Positions 28,730-37,767 of a stretch of 64,000 bases of DNA are shown piece after piece; position 1 is the first letter of the stretch; the number at the start of each line of letters is the position of its first letter. The DNA is taken from IMG/VR virus record IMGVR_UViG_3300044645_002359, positions 124,001-188,000 of that record; one strand, given 5' to 3'. The notes beneath the pieces were generated by a model. It searched no databases. It was not told the DNA's origin and saw nothing but the letters and a program-made list of their open reading frames with translations. The translations under genes and the position numbers were made by a program.

Positions 28730-30127
28730 ATGACACCGAAACATCCAAAAATAACACACGTTTCCCAGCTATCGGAGCACTCAAGCTGGAGAAAGTACAA
28801 GAGAGAACTTCTTGAACTTGAAATGAATGGCGGCCACTGGGCAAAAACGACTGACTTAACTAAAGAGTCTGTCAAAAATAGTTTCGCTGCCTATTTATCT
28901 CTCTCCACATCCGCACCCCTTCTAAACTGGGAAACTTATGAAGTCTTGGGGTCCGCCTTTGAAGACATTGCTGAAGGCAGGTACCCAATCCTCTTAGTAT
29001 CAATGCCCCCCCGCACAGGAAAGTCAACATTGGGCTCTCTCTTTCTGTCATGGCTCCTGGGTAAAGACCCTGATACTAACCATTTCGTAACTTCTTACAA
29101 TGAGGGTATCACCGACTTAGCAGTAAGTAGAGTTAAGCAGTTGGTTAGTGCCTTTCCTTTTGAGGAATTGTTTTCAAAACTTGATTTGCGGGCTGATAGC
29201 GTAACATCGGCTAACATCCCCTGGCGTAGGCACGGGTATCGTTCACCTTGGGGTGGACCCAACGGGGTACCAGGGGTTTGGTTAATCGATGACTATCACA
29301 AGTCCTCAAATATAACAGTAAATAAAGACTGGATAGAAGAGGAAATTATGACCCGGCGCCACCAAAACAGTGCCATTGTTGTTCTCGGGTCAAGATGGGG
29401 TGATGAAGACATTTTTGGCTACTTTTTAGAGAAATTCGGTGTCTTTGACCCCGTATCAAACCCGAAAGGAGCCGCCCACATTAATTTGTCAGCAATTATT
29501 GAAAGTAAAGAAGAGGCAGAAAATGATATTCTGGGTAGGAATGTAGGGGAAACCCCGAGTATAATCAATTCCTTCTGGTCCCCCGAAAATCTGAACCATA
29601 TTAGAAGGAATATCGGCGATGAAAAGTTCTCCTGGCTCTATAAGGGATGCTCACCGACACCAGAAATCCCCCCATTAGATAGAGTTATCATTTCTGTTGA
29701 TCCTGCTTTCAGTGCCGACAGCATTGATAAAACAGGTATTTGCATCGCAGGGGTTACAAAGAAAAGGGACTACATGTATGTTCTTGATACTTACGAAGGC
29801 AATTGGGACTTGAAAACTGTCGGAGTAATCCTAAGCCTAGCAGTTAAGGCATACGGAGCGGAAGAAATTGTACTTGAATCCGCCAGGGTAAGTGCAGCTT
29901 GGACTGTGTACCTACAGGACTTAGGGTTAAACGTTTGCGTAGGTAGCAAGTTGAAACAAACCAAATTAAATGCCTTCACTCAAATGTTAAGCTCAGGGAA
30001 AGTAAAATTCTCTAATTCGGATACTCTCAGTGCGTTGGATGCCTGTGATAACTTCCAGATTTCATTATCCGACACCATGTATGCAGTCTTAGTTAGCTAC
30101 AGCCAACTACTGCCTGTCGTTACTTGA
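28730..30127 (+). CDS. Second, diverged terminase large subunit paralogue
   Basis: N-terminus similar to preceding TerL; PPRTGKS, LIDDY, GSRWGDED, ISVDPAF...DKTGI; internal deletions. Confidence 0.8.
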   Translation: MTPKHPKITHVSQLSEHSSWRKYKRELLELEMNGGHWAKTTDLTKESVKNSFAAYLSLSTSAPLLNWETYEVLGSAFEDIAEGRYPILLVSMPPRTGKSTLGSLFLSWLLGKDPDTNHFVTSYNEGITDLAVSRVKQLVSAFPFEELFSKLDLRADSVTSANIPWRRHGYRSPWGGPNGVPGVWLIDDYHKSSNITVNKDWIEEEIMTRRHQNSAIVVLGSRWGDEDIFGYFLEKFGVFDPVSNPKGAAHINLSAIIESKEEAENDILGRNVGETPSIINSFWSPENLNHIRRNIGDEKFSWLYKGCSPTPEIPPLDRVIISVDPAFSADSIDKTGICIAGVTKKRDYMYVLDTYEGNWDLKTVGVILSLAVKAYGAEEIVLESARVSAAWTVYLQDLGLNVCVGSKLKQTKLNAFTQMLSSGKVKFSNSDTLSALDACDNFQISLSDTMYAVLVSYSQLLPVVT

Positions 30128-30185
30128 CGGCAAATTGCGATTCGCAACCGCATAAAAAGTTGCTGTTGTTACCAACAGTTTCAAA

Positions 30186-30389
30186 ATGGCTATTTCACCA
30201 ACAGATAAAAACCCTGCTATCATGCAGGAGCTACACGGCACTCGTTGCCTTATCACAGACCCTGCCTCAGATAAGTACCTCAGTCAAGCCAAGAAAAGAC
30301 CCCAATATGTCATTCCCGAAGACTCCTACTCCCGATGGTGTGGAGGAGCTAACGGGTTCGACTTGTTTGTCGAAAGGGTTCATGAATGA
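30186..30389 (+). CDS. Small hypothetical protein
   Basis: 67 aa ATG ORF followed by a terminator; more plausible than overlapping TTG ORF 30124..30435. Confidence 0.5.
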   Translation: MAISPTDKNPAIMQELHGTRCLITDPASDKYLSQAKKRPQYVIPEDSYSRWCGGANGFDLFVERVHE

Positions 30390-30441
30390 GTACATAGAGA
30401 GTTTGCTTAACCGTGAGGAGTGGTGGTCTCTTTAGAACCTT

Positions 30442-30464
30442 GACCCTCTAACGAGGGTCTTTTT
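30442..30464 (+). terminator. Intrinsic terminator
   Basis: GACCCTC-TAAC-GAGGGTC-TTTTT. Confidence 0.75.
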
Positions 30465-30502
30465 GCAGGGTAAAATAAGATCGTAGAGTTTCCCTTTCAC
30501 AA

Positions 30503-31327
30503 ATGACTCTGCCTATTCGTTTCGAAGGGGGTGAGGATCATGTAGTCCTAATTATCAACGAAGCATACACGTTATCCACTGTTGTCACTAACCCTCTTTA
30601 TCAAATGTTGAAAAGTAAAGAAAAGCGCAAAACACGCCGCGCTGAATCCGCTCAAATGGTTGAACGCTCCTACAACCGAGGCATGGATGTTGCCTCTCCG
30701 AAATTCCTCACCTGGCGGCAGGAAGAGTTTTGGAATCTACTTAAGAGAAATACCGTTACTATTGCCGCAGGTTCGGCCGGAACAGGTAAGACTCTTATTG
30801 CTCTGCATTTCGGACTCGTTGGAGTAGCAAACGGGGACTTTGACAAAGTCTACTATGTTCGCAGCGATGTTGGAGTTGAACTGCAAAGGGGGAGAGGAGC
30901 CCTACCGGGCGAGATGTCAGACAAGATTGCCCCACTCGTAGCTCCAATATACGACAACCTTCCCTGCATCATGCGGTCTCAAGGGGCTGCCGAATACCTG
31001 CTATCCAAGAAAATTATTGAGCCGATTCTACTCGAGGACATTCGGGGCCGCTCACTAAATAATGCTTTCATCATTGTAGATGAGGCCCAGAACTTCCTAT
31101 CAGGACACTGCAAAACGGCGCTCTCTCGCGTTGGCAAAGACTCAAAAATTTGCCTCATAGGAGATACAAAACAAACAGACTTGGAAGCTTTCCGCAGAGA
31201 CAACGGCTTGCTTGACGCCATTCATAGATTGAAAAATCTTGAGCAGGTTGGAATCGTGCAGTTTCAGAGAGAGGACATCGTTCGCAACTCTGTAATTGCT
31301 CACATTCTAGACAGATACGAGGATTGA
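30503..31327 (+). CDS. phoH: PhoH-family ATPase
   Basis: GSAGTGKT, GALPG, RGRSLNNAFIIVDEAQN, LSRVGKDSK, GDTKQTD, DIVRNSVI. Confidence 0.95.
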   Translation: MTLPIRFEGGEDHVVLIINEAYTLSTVVTNPLYQMLKSKEKRKTRRAESAQMVERSYNRGMDVASPKFLTWRQEEFWNLLKRNTVTIAAGSAGTGKTLIALHFGLVGVANGDFDKVYYVRSDVGVELQRGRGALPGEMSDKIAPLVAPIYDNLPCIMRSQGAAEYLLSKKIIEPILLEDIRGRSLNNAFIIVDEAQNFLSGHCKTALSRVGKDSKICLIGDTKQTDLEAFRRDNGLLDAIHRLKNLEQVGIVQFQREDIVRNSVIAHILDRYED

Positions 31328-31344
31328 AATTGTCTAGAGTTTCT

Positions 31345-31367
31345 GAGGGGCTTCGGCCCCTCTTTTT
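31345..31367 (+). terminator. Intrinsic terminator (UUCG loop)
   Basis: GAGGGGC-TTCG-GCCCCTC-TTTTT. Confidence 0.85.
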
Positions 31368-31401
31368 GAAGGGTAAAGTCTAATACACCTTTTTTTTAAA
31401 C

Positions 31402-32038
31402 ATGCAAGGTTCATTCTCTGAAGACTCCCTTAAAGTTTTCAACAAGCTTGCTTCAGCAACTCAGGAGTTAAATTACAGCGAATCTGGAACAGATTCGTAT
31501 GACTTCACCCGTTGTGTAAGGCCGAATGGCACTGCCTATGGTACCAAGGGTAAATGTAGAAAAGGTTCGGAGGAAGAAAGACAAACTTCAGAACTGCAAA
31601 AAAAATTCCCCCGAAGTAGAGGCATTGGCTAAAAAACTCATAAAGTTTCAAAAGAAAGAAAATTTCTTTAAAAGGCTGCAGGACCTTAGACCCGGTGTTT
31701 TGAGTGAACATTTTATGACTGCAAAAAATTTAGATTTAGTAATGTATTTTCTTGAAAAAGAGAAAGCTGCTCTAGAAGCTGAGAAAACAAGGATAAGGAA
31801 AGGCGAGATTGAAACTCCAAAACCAAAAGGTACTAAATCCTCTGAAGCAGAAATTGTAGCCAAAAAGTTAAATACAAGGTTGAAACGAGAATCTAGTTAT
31901 ACAGATTTCTTAGCAAAAGGCCGTGGATCTCTTGATAAAGAGCACGGTGACGAAGTAGCCCTATATTGGCTTACGAAGTTTAAGGAGGAAAGAGAAGTCC
32001 TGGAAGCCAGGAAAGCAAAATCAGAGGCTGAAAAATAA
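31402..32038 (+). CDS. Leader-bearing late protein, frameshifted at A8 run (31598-31605); ~211 aa if fused
   Basis: ORF 31402..31632 (MQGSFSEDSL...DFTRCVRPNGTAYGTKGKCRKG) and ORF ending 32038 are joined by a +1 shift in CAAAAAAAATT; C-terminal part has two ~65 aa repeats. Confidence 0.55.
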
Positions 32039-32154
32039 GAATACTTACTTGGACTTTACGCGAGTTTGATGAGAAAATTGGGGTCCAATAACAAAAGACT
32101 ACTCATAGTAACTTTCTCAGTACTAGGCATTCAGAGCCAATCAGCAAATCACCA

Positions 32155-32179
32155 GGGGCTTCGGCCCCCCTTTTTTTTT
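32155..32179 (+). terminator. Intrinsic terminator (UUCG loop)
   Basis: GGGGC-TTCG-GCCCC-CC-T9. Confidence 0.8.
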
Positions 32180-32221
32180 CTCTCAGGGTAAAATACTACA
32201 TAACGTGTCTTATGTTTAAAA

Positions 32222-33847
32222 GTGAGTAGTAAATTCCTGTGGCAAAGTTTCTCCTCAAGACTTGAAAAGGCAGGTGAGGAAGCCCTAAGAGCTCTCCAGG
32301 AAGAAGCAAGAATAGAAAAGCAAACTAAAAGTGCTTCTTCCCCTGAGGGAGACCACACAAGTCTAGAGATACAAAGGGCGAAGGAAAAAGCTTCTCAGTC
32401 TTCAGGGAAAGTTAAAAAATGTTCCACAGGCAAACCTTGTTCTGCGACGTGTATTCACAAAAATGATGATTGTATATCGACTTTGCCTGCTCCCCTTGGA
32501 ATTGCCTTAACAAGGCTTTCTAAAGTCCTCTCCGAGCAAGTGGGCGAAAATAGAATTTCAGAAGAACAGGCAGAAGAGGTTGTATCAAAGATAAAAAGTA
32601 CAGAAGATTCTCAACTAAAGGCGTTTGACCTCTTTAAGAAACTAGTTGATTCTGGTAAAGCGTCCGAGACAGAAATGGACTCGGTCGCCAAGCTCCTTAT
32701 TAGCACCACTTTGACCCCTGGCCAAGACAGAAATGCCCCTCGTGTAATGAGCTTCGACGATATCGAGGCGGTCTTGAAGCCAGGGAAATTAGAACAGCTA
32801 GAACAAGCTTATCAAAATTCTTTCAGCTCGAAAGGGAAATTCGACCCCTCTCAGAAAGGGGGAATGGGGGATCTAATAAGTTCGAAGTACCTGGTAAATA
32901 AGGTCTCAGATGAGGTTGCAACCGCTGCTTACTATATGCTCCCCTCAAAAGTGCGGTCTGCCATAGACAAGGCGGGTGCTGTTAAAGGAGAGTCTGTAAT
33001 GTTCGCCGGCAATGATAAAGACGGTAACCCTACTTTTTCTGACAAACCTTCACGAGAGAGAGGAATTTTCTTGGTTAAACGCTGGATGGAACAAGGGGAA
33101 CTGGACCCTTACACAGGAAAACCCATTGACATAAGAAATGCAGAGCCGGAGCACATGGTTGCATTCGCCCATGCACTCGCAAAGGGTGGTGGTGGTGACC
33201 AACCTCGCAACCTGCTTTGGTCGGCATCTCAACCAAACAACCAAAAAGCTGGGTCAGACGATAATTTCATGGAGTGGAAAAAACGTCTTCAAGAGTTTAA
33301 GAAAATGGGTAGAGAGGCTTACGAACGTGAAGTATATAACCCCGCTGCAAACAAAGCCGAAGAAGCCAGAGGTAAGAAGGGTTCTGCCTCCGCAGATATA
33401 GCCAAAGCTTTATCGTCTCAAACACCAGAAGAAAGAATTGCAGGAGTGAAAGGACTGATACAGGCTTACGGGGATAAAGTTCGATATCTGGTAAGAGCGG
33501 CTGAGGTAGGCTGGCAACATCAGGATAGAGACTTAGATCACAGAATGGGTGGCAAACCCGCGTTCATGAACAACGGGGTTCCAAAACTACCCGGAACCAA
33601 TGTGAAGCCGAGCACAGCGGTTTTGGTAGCATTGGCTGCTGTGGACCCTTCGAAAAAAGAAGCTCTCAAGGAAGGGTTAGAGGATTTAAGAAAAGCTCGT
33701 ATTTTGACCGACGGTGAAGCGCAGTCTGTGAGGGGGGATAATAGCGCACGACTTAAACTTCAGACGCAAAAGAGTTCAGACTACGGCGAAAAATTAGCGG
33801 AATTACTGAACAACTTTGTGCCCAATATAAATGTGATATTAGAGTAA
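32222..33847 (+). CDS. Protein with 4-Cys motif and central HNH-like nuclease domain
   Basis: KKCSTGKPCSATCIHKNDDC; DPYTGKPI...EPEHMVAF...GGGDQPRNLLW...NNQK HNH-like pattern. Confidence 0.65.
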   Translation: MSSKFLWQSFSSRLEKAGEEALRALQEEARIEKQTKSASSPEGDHTSLEIQRAKEKASQSSGKVKKCSTGKPCSATCIHKNDDCISTLPAPLGIALTRLSKVLSEQVGENRISEEQAEEVVSKIKSTEDSQLKAFDLFKKLVDSGKASETEMDSVAKLLISTTLTPGQDRNAPRVMSFDDIEAVLKPGKLEQLEQAYQNSFSSKGKFDPSQKGGMGDLISSKYLVNKVSDEVATAAYYMLPSKVRSAIDKAGAVKGESVMFAGNDKDGNPTFSDKPSRERGIFLVKRWMEQGELDPYTGKPIDIRNAEPEHMVAFAHALAKGGGGDQPRNLLWSASQPNNQKAGSDDNFMEWKKRLQEFKKMGREAYEREVYNPAANKAEEARGKKGSASADIAKALSSQTPEERIAGVKGLIQAYGDKVRYLVRAAEVGWQHQDRDLDHRMGGKPAFMNNGVPKLPGTNVKPSTAVLVALAAVDPSKKEALKEGLEDLRKARILTDGEAQSVRGDNSARLKLQTQKSSDYGEKLAELLNNFVPNINVILE

Positions 33848-33851
33848 AACC

Positions 33852-34187
33852 ATGAGGAGAGACAACCGCTTCCCCCGTCCCGACCGCTTCACCTTGGAGC
33901 AAGGTCTACCACCCGGCACACTGAGCCACCCTCAAGCCTATGGGGTGTGGTCGATTTTCTTGCAGTGCGACGATCCTCACGACGTTGCACACAAGTTCCG
34001 TTCCTACCGTGACAGCAACTTTTGTTCAATACCCCGTGAGCAACTCCGGGCAATGAGAGACACCTTAATTCTTGGTATGAGGGAGTCAAATAAATCCTCG
34101 GCAAAACCGCTTAAGGAAAAGCAAAAAGGTCGGCACTATGCCGACTATGAGAATGAATGGGCGGAAAAGCCCCGCACTGGTGCCTAA
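33852..34187 (+). CDS. Hypothetical protein
   Basis: 111 aa ATG ORF tightly packed in operon. Confidence 0.55.
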   Translation: MRRDNRFPRPDRFTLEQGLPPGTLSHPQAYGVWSIFLQCDDPHDVAHKFRSYRDSNFCSIPREQLRAMRDTLILGMRESNKSSAKPLKEKQKGRHYADYENEWAEKPRTGA

Positions 34188-34189
34188 TT

Positions 34190-34555
34190 ATGACAAGTAC
34201 GAAAGATAAAATTGAGGGGCAATACCGCATACCCTGTGGCCCGATGGACATCGCCGCCGATGCAATTTGCCGCCGCTCATTGCGCGACCGTTTCGACAAG
34301 TTGCTCGATAGGCTGACTCTCGAAGTTAACCCTCACCTTCCCACCCCCGGAAAACTACCAAAAGACCTCGAAGTTTCTGATGACGGAAAAATCGTTGCGA
34401 AAAAAGAAGAGTCAGAGGAGGATCGCAGGAGAAAGCTCATTGACGAAGGAAAGTTTCGCGCAGAGGTTCACGCGGAAATCAAAAAGTACCGTGAGGACCT
34501 CCAAGGAAATGGGAAGATGCTACAGGATATCTCTGGTAAGTATGAGTCGATCTGA
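34190..34555 (+). CDS. Hypothetical protein
   Basis: ATG at 34190 right after upstream stop; 121 aa. Confidence 0.55.
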   Translation: MTSTKDKIEGQYRIPCGPMDIAADAICRRSLRDRFDKLLDRLTLEVNPHLPTPGKLPKDLEVSDDGKIVAKKEESEEDRRRKLIDEGKFRAEVHAEIKKYREDLQGNGKMLQDISGKYESI

Positions 34556-34596
34556 GTCTTTCTAAGGGTAAAGTTACTCAGTCTACAAACTATACA

Positions 34597-35184
34597 ATGT
34601 CCAACAGAATCAACGGTGACTTTGACTCTGACTCGATTGAAGCCTTCAGAGCAGCGTACGCAGCACAAATCCTAGAACCGGAAGACCAAGAGACAGACCA
34701 ATACACTGGTCTACCCACAAACTTGGTCCTAAATACTTCCCCTTGGCTACAACACACAGGACTGTGGAAAGCGAACGACGGCACGAACAAGGACTTCCAA
34801 CCGAACCAAGTTCTGGTACCCGGCTTAGAAAATTCTGAGGAAGAAGGCGAGTACGACGAACTTGACGATCTCTCTGAAGAAGAACTCGAAGAACTTATCG
34901 ACCAGCTTCTAGCCGACGAAGGCGACGACGACGACGACGAGGAGGAAGACCTGACCTATTATGAAGAAGATGGGGATGAGGACGAGCTTTCCGATGAAGA
35001 AGTTGAAAGGTTGATTGAGGAGCTTTTGAGTGAAGATGATGAAGAAATTTTCTTGTCAGATGAAAATGAATACGAGGGAGAAGAAATAGAAGAACAGGAA
35101 ATTACTGACGAAGAGATAGATGCCCTGATTGCAGAGATTGAAGCTGAATCCGAAGAGCTTAATTACGATCCTGAAGAAGATTGA
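34597..35184 (+). CDS. Very acidic protein with G-D-F leader
   Basis: MSNRINGDFDSDSIEAF; three LS/IT-D/E-EE-L/V/I-x-x-LI repeats in Asp/Glu-rich C-half. Confidence 0.65.
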   Translation: MSNRINGDFDSDSIEAFRAAYAAQILEPEDQETDQYTGLPTNLVLNTSPWLQHTGLWKANDGTNKDFQPNQVLVPGLENSEEEGEYDELDDLSEEELEELIDQLLADEGDDDDDEEEDLTYYEEDGDEDELSDEEVERLIEELLSEDDEEIFLSDENEYEGEEIEEQEITDEEIDALIAEIEAESEELNYDPEED

Positions 35185-35191
35185 GGTAACA

Positions 35192-35503
35192 ATGGCAACG
35201 TTCAATGAAAGAGCTTTTCTCATACGTGCATTAGCTGGAATTTTCGTAGTTCAATTTATTACGGTAGGTTACCAAACTTGGTCCTGCCAGTCTTCTGCCA
35301 CCCAGAATAAAGACTCAACTCAGGTCACTCTTATTTGCAACAATGCCACAAATTCTTTTAACGAGACCGGAAAACTTGCTCTAACAACGATTCTTGCTCT
35401 CCTGGTTCCTTCCTCGGGTCAAAACGTTTCTGAAATTCTTGATTCGGTGAGAGGAAACCGCAAACGTAAAGGTGAGGACGAAAATCAAGAGGGTAAAGTT
35501 TAG
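35192..35503 (+). CDS. Small membrane protein (two hydrophobic segments), possibly lysis-related
   Basis: FLIRALAGIFVVQFITVGY and LALTTILALLV; GAGG RBS before ATG 35192; charged C-terminus. Confidence 0.5.
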   Translation: MATFNERAFLIRALAGIFVVQFITVGYQTWSCQSSATQNKDSTQVTLICNNATNSFNETGKLALTTILALLVPSSGQNVSEILDSVRGNRKRKGEDENQEGKV

Positions 35504-35521
35504 GATCACTGTAGTGTCTTT

Positions 35522-36496
35522 ATGTACGGAGCTAATTTAGATTTTTCTTCTGTGTCTTTGCCAGGGGTCGGGGGTTCTCTCAATGCAGCTACCGCCATAT
35601 CCTCCGACAAACTTCAGGAAATGAATCGCACTGGCAAAAAATGGCGCACCGATAAAGACGGTAACATGTCTTTCCATAACGAAGCCATTTTGGACGCCAA
35701 TAAAGCAAGTCGCGAACGAAGGGAAAACTTGGTAAATCGTGACCGAGACGCCCATGCAGACGGTCAAGCGGCGATGAAAGAAATTTTCGGCCGAAAGAAA
35801 GCCCGGATGGAAGCCTTTCGAGAAATAAAAAGAAACGAATACAACTTTGCCGACGACACGGAACTAATGTCAATGCCACAACCTTTCGGTGAGGGTTGTT
35901 CTACAAGTTGCAAAAGCCCTGGAAAGTGTTCTTGCTCTTCCTGTAAAGCAAAAGCGAAAGCTGACTCAGAATTTCGTGAATGGACCACAGAAAAGCGCAA
36001 GAAACTTCAAACCGGTGAGGCGAAAGGGGAATTCGCCGGCCCGGGAATGTCGTTCCCGATCGCAAGTCCAGAGGACGTTTCAGCCGCTTGGTCCTCTGTA
36101 GGACGGGCAGCGAACCCCCGTAAAATCATGGCAGAAATCATTCGCATTGCTAAGAAGTATGGCTGGGAATCTGGCCTACCTCAGACGGTTAAAGATCGCA
36201 TGGAAGAGGGTGAGTCCGGTCTACCGTCCCCTGACTTTCGTGAATGGCCTTCAACAAAGAGGGAAGCTATGAAAAAAGGCGACATTGTCGGACAATTCGC
36301 TGGCCCAGGAATGTCCTTTCCCATCGCAAGTCCACAAGATGTTTCGGCAGCTTGGTCTTCCGTTGGCCGAGCTTCAAATCCTCGCGAAACAATGGCTAAA
36401 ATTATTGCAATCGCTAAGAAAAACGGCTGGGAGTCTGGACTCCCTCAGACAGTTAAAGACCGCCTGAACGCAGGTCAGTCAGGATTACCGAGGTAA
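35522..36496 (+). CDS. Hypothetical protein with tandem 88 aa domain duplication
   Basis: FREW...FAGPGMSFPIASPxDVSAAWSSVGRA...GWESGLPQTVKDR repeated with 264 nt period (35969, 36233). Confidence 0.75.
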   Translation: MYGANLDFSSVSLPGVGGSLNAATAISSDKLQEMNRTGKKWRTDKDGNMSFHNEAILDANKASRERRENLVNRDRDAHADGQAAMKEIFGRKKARMEAFREIKRNEYNFADDTELMSMPQPFGEGCSTSCKSPGKCSCSSCKAKAKADSEFREWTTEKRKKLQTGEAKGEFAGPGMSFPIASPEDVSAAWSSVGRAANPRKIMAEIIRIAKKYGWESGLPQTVKDRMEEGESGLPSPDFREWPSTKREAMKKGDIVGQFAGPGMSFPIASPQDVSAAWSSVGRASNPRETMAKIIAIAKKNGWESGLPQTVKDRLNAGQSGLPR

Positions 36497-36500
36497 GAAA

Positions 36501-36872
36501 ATGGGTTTAGTTGAAATTCCTCTAATCATTGCCGGTTGGTTTCTCACAGCAGGAATAGCAGGAGTAGGCGGAACTTTTGCCATTCAGGGTCGGAACAATA
36601 AGAGATTAGACACACTAAGGAGTAACTCTGATAAGAAAATTGAAAGACTTATCGAGGAAAATGACAAGAGAATTAACACTTTGATTGCTGCCAATACCCT
36701 CCAAAATGAGAACGTATTAAATCATATTAAGAACGTAGAAAAGGCTCTTAATGACATGAGAGCCGAATTACCGGAAAAGTACACTCTCAAGTCCGACCAC
36801 TTAAGATTGGTAGACAAAGTAGAAGAGTTGTCGATACAGTTCTACAGACATAGAGAGAAAGAAGGTGAGTGA
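36501..36872 (+). CDS. Membrane-anchored coiled-coil protein
   Basis: N-terminal hydrophobic segment followed by heptad-rich region. Confidence 0.55.
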   Translation: MGLVEIPLIIAGWFLTAGIAGVGGTFAIQGRNNKRLDTLRSNSDKKIERLIEENDKRINTLIAANTLQNENVLNHIKNVEKALNDMRAELPEKYTLKSDHLRLVDKVEELSIQFYRHREKEGE

Positions 36873-37377
36873 GAGCTACGACTGGCACCGGCTGGAAGGT
36901 TTGGGTTTTGACCTGAACTACATTGAAAAGGCACTTCCTGCCTCATACAAAAAAGGTCTAACTGCACGAGAGCAAGGTGTCGCTAAGCGTGAAGCGAAAG
37001 ATACTATGGAGAAGGCCAGCAGCAAGAAAACCTCGGCGAAAGAATTGTATAAAGACTGGGAGTCGGATAAGAGTTTCCGGAATAGGGAAAAAGAGATACC
37101 GAAGTCCCCAGCCACAGAAGCATTTGAGCGCGACTTTGCTGAGTCTTCCCCTTCCGACACAGCCCTTAAGAACAAGTCAAAAAAGTCCGGCATCCCTATG
37201 CCTATACTGAGACAAGTGTTTAAGAGAGGAATGGCAGCTTGGAGGTCTGGTCACCGTCCTGGTGTTGCACCGCAGCAATGGGCTCAGGCAAGAGTGTCAA
37301 GTTTCATCACGGGAGTGGGAGGAGCACGGAAGGCTGATGCCGACCTTTGGAAAAAAGCTAAGGGTAAAAAACATTAG
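36865..37377 (+). CDS. Conserved viral protein (DUF5824-like C-terminal domain)
   Basis: LKNKSKKSGIPMPILRQVFKRGMAAWRSGHRPGVAPQQWAQARVSSF, recognised from algal viruses and cyanophages. Confidence 0.6.
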   Translation: MSESYDWHRLEGLGFDLNYIEKALPASYKKGLTAREQGVAKREAKDTMEKASSKKTSAKELYKDWESDKSFRNREKEIPKSPATEAFERDFAESSPSDTALKNKSKKSGIPMPILRQVFKRGMAAWRSGHRPGVAPQQWAQARVSSFITGVGGARKADADLWKKAKGKKH

Positions 37378-37393
37378 TTTAGAACTTAGAGAA

Positions 37394-37762
37394 ATGAGTA
37401 ACTTGGGATCTTTTTCTCCGGAAGCTTACAGAGCTTACAAATATGGGGTTGAAAACCCGAGTAATTTCATGGGAATTGCTCCTGCATTCGAGGCAGAACC
37501 AGGGAGAAACCCTGATTCTTTTTCCATGGGCGAAGATGACGAGACTGACGAAGACGATTACGATCCAGATTACGGGAACGAGGACTTTGAGCCGAACGGG
37601 GGCATGGCTATGACCCAACTTCGCTCTATGCAAGATAACATCGAGACTATTCTTGAAATGATCGGTCCCTACTCAAACTTAGACCCCTGGATGGCTGCAA
37701 AGTTGGCCGAGGCTGAGCATGGTATGACAGCGATCGCCGACGCTTTACAATACAGAGATTGA
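37394..37762 (+). CDS. Hypothetical protein with G-S-F leader
   Basis: MSNLGSFSPEAYRAY; ATG 37394 lies just downstream of a GGGTAAA motif. Confidence 0.6.
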   Translation: MSNLGSFSPEAYRAYKYGVENPSNFMGIAPAFEAEPGRNPDSFSMGEDDETDEDDYDPDYGNEDFEPNGGMAMTQLRSMQDNIETILEMIGPYSNLDPWMAAKLAEAEHGMTAIADALQYRD

Positions 37763-37767
37763 TCAAA

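Noticed and set aside
26948-30127. Single TerL split by an intron or intein
   Set aside because: Each ORF has its own ATPase and nuclease motifs; no intein termini or intron core seen.
30124-30435. 103 aa TTG-start ORF
   Set aside because: It overlaps the more protein-like ATG ORF 30186..30389 in another frame; no support.
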